Of a stretch of 33,039 nucleotides of DNA, positions 18,201 through 24,654 are shown in pieces. Both the position numbers and the translations under genes were made by a program. A model generated the notes under the pieces. The model ran no database searches. It saw only the letters and a list, made by a program, of their open reading frames with translations, and was not told the DNA's origin. This DNA comes from PVC group bacterium (GTDB lineage Bacteria; Verrucomicrobiota; Kiritimatiellia; CAIKKV01; PXCX01). The number at the start of each line of letters is the position of its first letter. The first letter of the stretch is position 1. The DNA lies in NCBI GenBank assembly GCA_003565195.1, contig PXCX01000138.1:1-33039 (forward strand), read 5' to 3'.

Positions 18201-20144
18201 CGTTCGTCCCAATTCCGGCACTTGGGCCAACTGCCGGATAAAATCCAAAGCTTGCTCAAGCTGTGCGGCATAGGCCACCATATCGGCGCTGCTTTCAGCC
18301 GGCGGCGGCGGCACCGGCTGGACGGCACCCGGATTGGCCAGTTCCAAAATGAATGTGGTACGTCCACTGACTCTTGCCGCGGCCGGACTGGGAAAATCGG
18401 GCACGTACCCCATGGGGGCGGGGCTCGTCTTAGGCGTAGCCACCGAAGGGGTATACGTCTCCCGCATCCAGCGAATCACATGCGGGTTCGACAAGGAGGC
18501 ATGTTGCACGTCTTCGGCCGGTCCCAAAACAGCCCAGTTTCGCGGTGCCGGCAGCAGATTAAAGACAATTATGTTAACCAGTCGATGCTCGTCTAAACGC
18601 TCGCCCAACGCCTGTTGATGTTCTAGAATTTCGCGTTCGCGGGATTGTTCCTTCAAACGATCCTGCCAGCTTTGCTGCACGTCTGAAATTAAAGTTTCAA
18701 AAAATGCGCGTTCCTCGGGATCGTCGTCCGCTCCGGGAACCCGTTCGGCGGTTAACAGGACGCGTACGGAAAACACGATGTCCCGGTCATGTTCGGCCTG
18801 CTCCAGTCGCTCCATTGCATCGTCACGCGTCAGCTCGCGCAGGCGTTCAGCACGGTCAAGCTCAAGCTGTAAGGCCGCCCTCTCGTCGTCTTCATCGGTT
18901 GATCTGCCCGGTACCAGCCGCCGCAGACTCATTTCCAGTCTTGCAATCCGTCGATCCAGCAGATTGATTTCCCGGCGTACGTCACTGAGCGCGGATACGC
19001 GTTGATTGTAAATCTGTTCGATGGTGTCGAGTACGGACTGACGAGCTTTTGACGCAGCGGGCTTTTCGCTGCGTCGCTCCATCAGGGCCACGGGATCTTC
19101 GATCGCCTCCAAGAGCCCCTTCAAAAACGAATGCTCCCGGTCGCGATCCCGGATCATGCGCAGGAACGAACCGGGAACGTCGCTTGGACGGTAGGCGTCC
19201 CGAGCGTAAAGGAACTGATACTGTCCGGCTTGTTGCTGCGCTTCGTTATCAAAAAAAACGGCCAGGACCGGACGTTCAAGCGGATTATGTTGCAGCCACG
19301 CGACCGTCTCGATCAAGCCCGCCACGTTGGCAGCTTCCTGCGGTAACTGTGTCGCAAACGGCAAGGTTCCAAAGGTATCGTAATGCGTCGCCAAAACCAA
19401 CGTGTCGGCGGGTGATTCATCAACCGGTTGGGTTCCGGGAATGAAAACGTATAGATTACGTCCTTCGACGCGTTCGAATCCCATTCGGCTGAAAAGGGTG
19501 ATTTCCGTCCCGTTCAGCAGACCTTGTTCAGCAGCGATTTCAGATTCGACGAAGAACCGGGGGATATCCAGATGGGCGAAATAAAACTTGATGTCTTCCT
19601 CATGGAACGCCTCAGACGGCGCAGCTTCCCGTTCGCCTACGAACATCACGGCCACGGCGCCGGCTTGGACGGCGCGGGTCCAGCGTTCAGCGCAGTTGTA
19701 ATCGAAGATTGCGATATGGTCCCTGATTTCCTTGCCTTCGAAATGCTCCCAATGTCCGTCCGCCAGATATACCGTCGGCGCCGTCAACCCGTCGATCGGG
19801 GTCACAGGCAACGCCAAGCCGTTCGGTCGCAGCGGTTGCATGGGAAACCGTTGGCCCGCCTGCTTGAAGTAGCAATCCCCGTCCGCCATCTCCAGTTGCG
19901 GCATGGCAAACGGTTGCACGAGGATCTGGTCGTCGGTCACACCGGCCTCGCGCAATCGACGCAGGATCGTGTCGCCCGCCGCACGCCCTTCATCCGAACC
20001 CGCCAGACGATGCGGTGTTGCGAGCAGTTCCGACATGGTTTCCGTCAAGCGCGTGACATCCACTGTCGCGCCGTAAACACTGGCGCACAAGACAACAACA
20101 GCGCAGACCGTCATCCAAACTATCTTTTTTAGGCGTCGTTTCAT
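15225..20144 (-). CDS. 1639-aa fusion protein: signal/anchor - PA-domain M28-peptidase-like ectodomain (apparently degenerate active site) - coiled coil - large ectodomain - 3-TM bundle - FtsX/MacB-type permease module - C-terminal cytoplasmic domain
   Basis: N-terminal MKRRLKKIVWMTVCAVVVLCASVYG. PA-like segment GKEIRDHIAIFDYNCAERWTRAVQAGAVAVMFVG. M28-like THYDTFG...PQEAANVAG...FFDNEAQQQAG (nt ~19242-19385). Arg/Glu/Leu-rich heptad-like stretch at residues ~330-520. Hydrophobic bundle at nt ~17065-17315. MacB-type TM1 (MRRRPLRSVLTAVTILLLTFTILFF, nt ~16870-16955). FtsX motif SDRQREIFTFSALGLGPRHVATLFFAEAAVYAVVGG plus terminal TMs (nt ~15715-16080). A ~160-aa tail follows. ATGA overlaps occur at both ends. 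Confidence 0.85.
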   Translation of the reverse strand: MKRRLKKIVWMTVCAVVVLCASVYGATVDVTRLTETMSELLATPHRLAGSDEGRAAGDTILRRLREAGVTDDQILVQPFAMPQLEMADGDCYFKQAGQRFPMQPLRPNGLALPVTPIDGLTAPTVYLADGHWEHFEGKEIRDHIAIFDYNCAERWTRAVQAGAVAVMFVGEREAAPSEAFHEEDIKFYFAHLDIPRFFVESEIAAEQGLLNGTEITLFSRMGFERVEGRNLYVFIPGTQPVDESPADTLVLATHYDTFGTLPFATQLPQEAANVAGLIETVAWLQHNPLERPVLAVFFDNEAQQQAGQYQFLYARDAYRPSDVPGSFLRMIRDRDREHSFLKGLLEAIEDPVALMERRSEKPAASKARQSVLDTIEQIYNQRVSALSDVRREINLLDRRIARLEMSLRRLVPGRSTDEDDERAALQLELDRAERLRELTRDDAMERLEQAEHDRDIVFSVRVLLTAERVPGADDDPEERAFFETLISDVQQSWQDRLKEQSREREILEHQQALGERLDEHRLVNIIVFNLLPAPRNWAVLGPAEDVQHASLSNPHVIRWMRETYTPSVATPKTSPAPMGYVPDFPSPAAARVSGRTTFILELANPGAVQPVPPPPAESSADMVAYAAQLEQALDFIRQLAQVPELGRTRIPPRLTATLTFNVPEWDGTSYDGSYVRHYDERFKAGENAPGAVVLAMERGRVSQRPPLHGWGGHLMYSSHAGTFPLLTDRGARMAIQAALHDDQGRIKGISLRSPGGGLGVAGSWELAGWYFADRRNQILISEADVRVMLAGIRTPMGLASEAAVRFIDGITESAPKEMNLTLGGDMLAVYAGRVRRYKVLHGAQLLLNNSEVEPVGDGYEPEPGFVDAQLRSARDTWILNESRLDSLRRRNVMQHSLERLHAQAERFLDQATAETVSPAQRWSRTLASRGYSARVYEPVRDVTNDLVTAIVILLLLAIPFAFAFERAVIGTPNIYRQIGGFVVVFGVVFTILYLVHPAFRFVSFPIVVLLAFVIIIMSSFVIAIMWQKFEYEMRKLHGLATASHQSTRTARGMIGAAVALGIATMRRRPLRSVLTAVTILLLTFTILFFGSFKSEDGVRQIYVGPGPRMPLVEIGSVPGSAFDEQAIVMLRELHEDEADSYFRTWNVADEHESMAGRFPDDTVFTVSGQATLPPQDLRLYPELRDILDGDLEGFTEEGGVFLPPEIYRRLPEHVRTNGAAVIELAGQRHVLRGTFDPVRLGALRTLDGASFVPPNLEEVNRQLEQEYPNDPLAIELRLEEMELEDYPPLDPETVSLVWQPRAPRLNMPIRSLVFLPQTEAQARRIASDLAIQLSRRASFAAGGDHFRALYATEVSMGGLARVVVPLVLGGLIIFGTMLSSVSDRQREIFTFSALGLGPRHVATLFFAEAAVYAVVGGMGGYLFAHVFSKLVEWMAQQGWVGAPAMNHSSLNAMLTLLMVMLTVLASTVYPAFRASRSANPGAQRQWRMPEPEGDWLRLEFPFTVSDYDMVGLVSFLEEYLASHSEKSVGLFAANDVEVQHKDERFTLQANVWLQPFDQGISQTFSLWTQPSRIEGIDQVHVAMQRRSGSPAIWRRSSRVFIHELRNQFILWRTIPDDAADHYYRMTAERFGIREDDSQT

Positions 20145-20890
20145 GGTGTATGGCCGACCTCCACGGCAGCCAGTTCGATATTGAGATCTTCGCGACGCGA
20201 AATACGTTCCACCTGTCCGTCGCGGATCCAGACCACGCGATCGGAGACATCCAGCATGCGGTGATCATGGGTGGAACAGATCACGGTTGCGCCACTCTCC
20301 TTGTTAAGCCGAACCAGCAAATCGTTGATTTCCTGGCCGGTTTTAAGATCCAGATTGGCTGTTGGCTCATCGCAAAGCAGAATGGAGGGATCGTTGGCCA
20401 GCGCTCGCGCAATGGCCGTTCGCTGCTGTTGTCCACCGGACATTTCCAGCGGTCGATGATCCCAACGATCTTTGAGACCCACCATGTCCAATAATTGCAT
20501 GCCGCGCTTCCGGGCTTGATCATCGATCAGACCGGCAAAAATCATGGGTGTCGTTACGTTTTCCAAGCAGGTTTGCACGGTAACCAAATTATAACTCTGA
20601 AAAATGTATCCGATTTTCTTGCAGCGAATATAGGCCAGTTCGTCGGCGTTAAGCTGGGCTACATCGACTTCATCGATAAAGACGGTGCCTGACGTCGGTG
20701 TGTCCAGCGCACCGATCGCATTGAAGAGCGTGGACTTTCCCGATCCTGACGGACCCATGATTGAAACGAATTCACGGCGCACCACTTCGAGGTCAATGCC
20801 GCGCAACGCTTTGGTAATCACGCCGTTGCGGTTGTAATCCCTGCAAACGCCTTGCGTCCGAATAATGATTTTTGAAAGTTTCCGACTCAT
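20141..20890 (-). CDS. ABC transporter ATP-binding protein, MacB/LolD/FtsE-like (paralogue of 12555-13283)
   Basis: GPSGSGKST, IFQSYNL, MSGGQQQR, ILLCDEPTANLD, THDH. It shares long identical stretches with the other ATPase, including the C-terminal VSDRVVW-x-DG-x-ERI. Its stop overlaps the start of the giant gene (ATGA at 20141-20144). Confidence 0.95.
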   Translation of the reverse strand: MSRKLSKIIIRTQGVCRDYNRNGVITKALRGIDLEVVRREFVSIMGPSGSGKSTLFNAIGALDTPTSGTVFIDEVDVAQLNADELAYIRCKKIGYIFQSYNLVTVQTCLENVTTPMIFAGLIDDQARKRGMQLLDMVGLKDRWDHRPLEMSGGQQQRTAIARALANDPSILLCDEPTANLDLKTGQEINDLLVRLNKESGATVICSTHDHRMLDVSDRVVWIRDGQVERISRREDLNIELAAVEVGHTP

Positions 20891-20894
20891 ATTC

Positions 20895-22346
20895 CTATTC
20901 CACCCTCATGGCGTCCACCGGCACCATGCGCGCGGCGGCAAAGGCCGGGTACAAGGCCGAAAGGGTAGCCAGCGCCAGGCCACTGGCGATGGCGATGAGT
21001 GCTCCCCATCCCAGATCCGACCACGGGAAAAACCGCCAAACCCAGTGCCCGTAAGCATAGGCCATCCGAGTGACGGCGATCACGCCACCCAAAAGCACAC
21101 CCAGAAATCCGCCCACCAGACCCATCGCCGCAGCCTCGATCAGCGACAATCGTGCAATGAATCCGTTTAACGCACCCAGACATTTCATTGTGGCGATTTC
21201 ACGAAAACGTTCGATTACGCTGATCAGCATGGCATTGGTAATGCCGGCAATACAAACCATAAACGAAACCACCAGCAACCAAAACATATTTGCGTCCAAC
21301 CCGGTTCGCGTACCGTAATTGGCGATCAGCAACTCATCCATATCGAGAATACGCCGCGTTTGCAAGATCCGTCGAGCCGCATCCACCGCAATGCCGGCAT
21401 CGATATCGGCAGCCTGGGCCAATTCGCGTTCCTCCATCCATAACGCCCGTTCATCGTGCTCGGCCAGCGCCACCAAAGCGCGACGCTGATCGAAAACCTC
21501 CCCAAACTCGTCGCGCCAGGCGGTAGCCAAGCGCGGTTCACGCAGGACACGCAGCAAATCACGTTCGCGCTGGCGATCGCCGGCGCGAACCATCAACGCC
21601 TCCAGTCGCTCCGACGGCACGGAAACCTGATGTGCGTCGAACAAATCGGCCGCGGTCTCCACATCGGTTGCAGCCAACCATTCGGCTAGGCCATCGGCCT
21701 CGATATGGGACGCAAACGCTTCGCGATTTTTATTAAAGTGATCGCTGGCCCGTCGCAAACTCTCCAAAAAATAGGATCTGCGGGGCAGGAAATCAACTAG
21801 GCCGTCGGGCAATCGCAGGGGAATCATGCGAGCTGTACGCACGAACTCGCGTCGTTCATCCGGATCTTGTAATTGCGCGAATAAAGTTTCGCGATCAAGG
21901 CCTTCCGTCAATATGCGTTGATGTCCCGGCGGCAATTCGTCAAACCAGGCATCGTATTGCAACAAACTGGCGCAATCATCCATAAAAAGCGGCAGACGCT
22001 CCTTGTCCACCCCCATCCACGCCGTAAGACTCTGCGGCAACCAGGATCCCGGCGGCAGCTCCGCCAGATTGCGGGCCAGTTCGCGGGGGGGCATTTCGGT
22101 GTCGAAAAAAACAGCCACCTGTCCCAGCTCGCGCTGTTCGCTGGCCAGCGCACCAACCCCTGTCTTGCAAGCGTCGGCAATCTGATGTTCAACCAAAACA
22201 TTCGACAAAAAGGCCACCGCCAGCACCACAACGCCCAGTGTCAGCAACGAGCGAAACAGCCGGTACTGGATACCATCGACGGCGATGGCCACTTGCTTGA
22301 GCAACGGCAAATTATTCTGATCGCGTAAATCGAGTTTGGTAGTCAT
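20895..22346 (-). CDS. FtsX/MacB-type ABC permease with a long charged, helix-like loop
   Basis: TM1 YRLFRSLLTLGVVVLAVAFLSNVLV. A ~290-aa Glu/Arg/Asp/Leu-rich loop (nt ~21296-22190). C-terminal FtsX signature LISVIERFREIATMKCLGALNGFIARLSLIEAAAMGLVGG plus two further TMs, ending YPAFAAARMVPVDAMRVE. There is a 4-nt gap to the downstream ATPase gene. Confidence 0.9.
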   Translation of the reverse strand: MTTKLDLRDQNNLPLLKQVAIAVDGIQYRLFRSLLTLGVVVLAVAFLSNVLVEHQIADACKTGVGALASEQRELGQVAVFFDTEMPPRELARNLAELPPGSWLPQSLTAWMGVDKERLPLFMDDCASLLQYDAWFDELPPGHQRILTEGLDRETLFAQLQDPDERREFVRTARMIPLRLPDGLVDFLPRRSYFLESLRRASDHFNKNREAFASHIEADGLAEWLAATDVETAADLFDAHQVSVPSERLEALMVRAGDRQRERDLLRVLREPRLATAWRDEFGEVFDQRRALVALAEHDERALWMEERELAQAADIDAGIAVDAARRILQTRRILDMDELLIANYGTRTGLDANMFWLLVVSFMVCIAGITNAMLISVIERFREIATMKCLGALNGFIARLSLIEAAAMGLVGGFLGVLLGGVIAVTRMAYAYGHWVWRFFPWSDLGWGALIAIASGLALATLSALYPAFAAARMVPVDAMRVE

Positions 22347-22422
22347 AGTGCTTGCTGAAAACCTGCTGCCCAGAAACCGCGGGCTTCACCGAGAGCGCAA
22401 GCGAAACATTTCGAAAAGCAGG

Positions 22423-24582
22423 TTAATGGTTAAACATATCTCTAAAAAACGTGATCCATTCAAATTCAAACATGTAATGATTATACCGGTAAAACACGAT
22501 ATTGGCCACAATCCAGACTGAGTAAATAAAGGCCAATCCCATGATCGTTCCAATAAAAAACGGCCGACTGCTTTCGAACAGGCGTCCACCGCCAATTTTA
22601 AGGATGGCCTTCTTGATCAGCCAGCCGATCATAAACGAGAACCATAACCGGGACATCAACCAACTTCCCAGCAACACCATGGGAAGAGGATGCAGCGGAA
22701 ATTTCGGGTAGCGTAGCCGTGCGGCGCCCGTCGCCAGAACCAGCATGGCGCCGAAGACAAACATGGGTGGAAACCGTGGATTCGTGCTAACGGCGGACCA
22801 GCGTTCCAGCATCGGGACGGACTCGCTCACGTCCAGCGTCCGTGTGGTGTCGCCTTCGTGGAAGACGCTGCCGACGACTCTTGCAGCCGCGTTGACGGGC
22901 CCTAAGCTATCGAACGGGTAATCGTTGGCAGCTCCTTCGCTGCTATAGCCCATCCAGATGGCAATCGCGACGGCCAGCACCAAAATCACGCCCAGAAACG
23001 GCACCAAAATACCCGGAGTTTGTAAGCGCCGCGTCACGCGCGATTCAACATGTACGGCGTTAATGACCATGGGTGCCAGCAACATTAGCGTCGTCCGTTG
23101 CGGAATCACGAGCACGCCTAGAATGGCCAATAAAGCATAGCCTTCGGCTCCCAACACCCGTTCGCCAAATGCGGCCACCATGAACGGCAAAGGCAGAAGA
23201 ACCCCCAGCGGTATCCACGGAATCCCCATCTCCGCCACGAGGCGGCAGACGACCAGGAACATAATCAAGACAATCAGGGTCCAGAGAATCGCAAGATCAA
23301 TTGCCACGCCATAGTGAACCAGTGTCGCGACAAACGCAACAACCGACAGTAAAAACACACGGCAGATGCGAATACTCTGCCGATCGATTTCGTTTTCCTC
23401 ATTTTTGGATCGAAATCTTCGCCATCCCAAGGCCCGTTTCAACAATGCCAGATAATAATTCCGGCCGCCATAGAGAATCATGCCAGCCATCGCCCAGGTT
23501 GCCCCCATCGACATCGGGCCGACATTGGGGCCGAAGCGGTCGCCGGTTTGAACATAAAAAATGTATGTGCCCAACACCATCAGCGGCCAGGTGAACCAAG
23601 CGGTGAAACTGATCTCCGACGGCAGCAAAACCGCTACGGAAATAACAGCAAAAAACGCCCACCCTCGCAACAACGAATATCCCTCATGACTGTCCCGCAA
23701 AAAGGAAAACTGGTTTGCCAGCTCATAAAATTGAAAGCGGGTTGGAATCGCGATCATATTCGGGAAATGGGCATGCAAACCGTTGACCGTGAACACCACC
23801 ACCATGACAATGAACCCGATCCAGAAACGGCGATTGTAAAAAATATCCGGTAGCACACGGTTCTGGTTGTATTGCACCATGGCAACGCCGACCTCGGCTA
23901 ACGGGAACGGTGTAAGCTCCCGTTCGGCCCATTGACGGTACAACAAATAGCCAAAGCTGATACACAACGTTAAAAACGTCAAAAATAACGGCAGCCAAAA
24001 AAGCGTGGGACGGGTCCAGGCTTGCCAGGAAATATCGCCAATCTGTGCCATGCCCCCCAGGGTTTCGGCAATCCCGTCGTCAAAACTCCGGGACTCAACG
24101 CCGTCCAGCAGGGCATGCGCAGGCAGCAACTCGAAAATATTTGTTCGCGCCAGCATTGTCAGGTTGCTGTGACGCGCCTCCAGCAAGGAAGGCAGATGCC
24201 CCACCGTCATTACCCATGGCGATGCCAGAAAACGCGATAACGGTGTGGCGATCAGGGCCAACGTTAACGCCACCGCCAATTCGCCGTCGCGCAAGGACCA
24301 CGTTGGAAGGAACCTTCTGAGCAGGGTATTGAAAATGCCGATGAACACAAACAAGCTTGCCAGCGCAAGCGGCGCTACGTAATGGTGCTGGGAAAGTTCA
24401 CGGGGTGCCATGATCCCATCATGATAATTGGCAATCAAAATCCCTGCCACACCGATCACCAATGCCAACAACAAAGAGCGTACCGTTACCGATCTCACGG
24501 ACGCGGGATCGGTTGATTGAGTTGGATTACCTCGATTCAACATAACGGGCCCAGTTGTACCACAAGCTTCTGATTTAATCAA
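22423..24582 (-). CDS. polytopic membrane protein, OPT-superfamily-like (function unknown)
   Basis: 719 aa with hydrophobic helices throughout and an ELTPFPLAEVGVAM motif (nt ~23881-23919) echoing KLPFPMAPVGAMGM of the 647-aa protein. The TTG start at 24582 is preceded by GAGGA at a 6-nt spacing. An alternative ATG at 24543 lacks an SD. Confidence 0.8.
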   Translation of the reverse strand: MIKSEACGTTGPVMLNRGNPTQSTDPASVRSVTVRSLLLALVIGVAGILIANYHDGIMAPRELSQHHYVAPLALASLFVFIGIFNTLLRRFLPTWSLRDGELAVALTLALIATPLSRFLASPWVMTVGHLPSLLEARHSNLTMLARTNIFELLPAHALLDGVESRSFDDGIAETLGGMAQIGDISWQAWTRPTLFWLPLFLTFLTLCISFGYLLYRQWAERELTPFPLAEVGVAMVQYNQNRVLPDIFYNRRFWIGFIVMVVVFTVNGLHAHFPNMIAIPTRFQFYELANQFSFLRDSHEGYSLLRGWAFFAVISVAVLLPSEISFTAWFTWPLMVLGTYIFYVQTGDRFGPNVGPMSMGATWAMAGMILYGGRNYYLALLKRALGWRRFRSKNEENEIDRQSIRICRVFLLSVVAFVATLVHYGVAIDLAILWTLIVLIMFLVVCRLVAEMGIPWIPLGVLLPLPFMVAAFGERVLGAEGYALLAILGVLVIPQRTTLMLLAPMVINAVHVESRVTRRLQTPGILVPFLGVILVLAVAIAIWMGYSSEGAANDYPFDSLGPVNAAARVVGSVFHEGDTTRTLDVSESVPMLERWSAVSTNPRFPPMFVFGAMLVLATGAARLRYPKFPLHPLPMVLLGSWLMSRLWFSFMIGWLIKKAILKIGGGRLFESSRPFFIGTIMGLAFIYSVWIVANIVFYRYNHYMFEFEWITFFRDMFNH

Positions 24583-24654
24583 GAGATTTCCTCACGATCC
24601 TTAAAATCACCAGTCTGATCAACAAGCTATCCACGCCAGCCACGGCATCCGCCG

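Noticed and set aside
14170-20132. Plus-strand ORFs antisense to the membrane and giant genes: 14170-14967 (265 aa), 17010-17495 (161 aa), 17916-18596 (226 aa) and 19524-20132 (202 aa).
   Set aside because: The translations are Arg/His/Gln-rich nonsense-like sequences. They lie opposite strongly supported coding frames with TM helices and FtsX and M28/PA motifs.
22347-22424. An inverted repeat AACCTGC (22360-22366) / GCAGGTT (22418-22424) in the spacer between the 719-aa gene and the FtsX permease gene.
   Set aside because: It is only 7 bp with a 51-nt loop, and one arm overlaps the stop codon. It is too weak to call an RNA structure or operator without covariation data.
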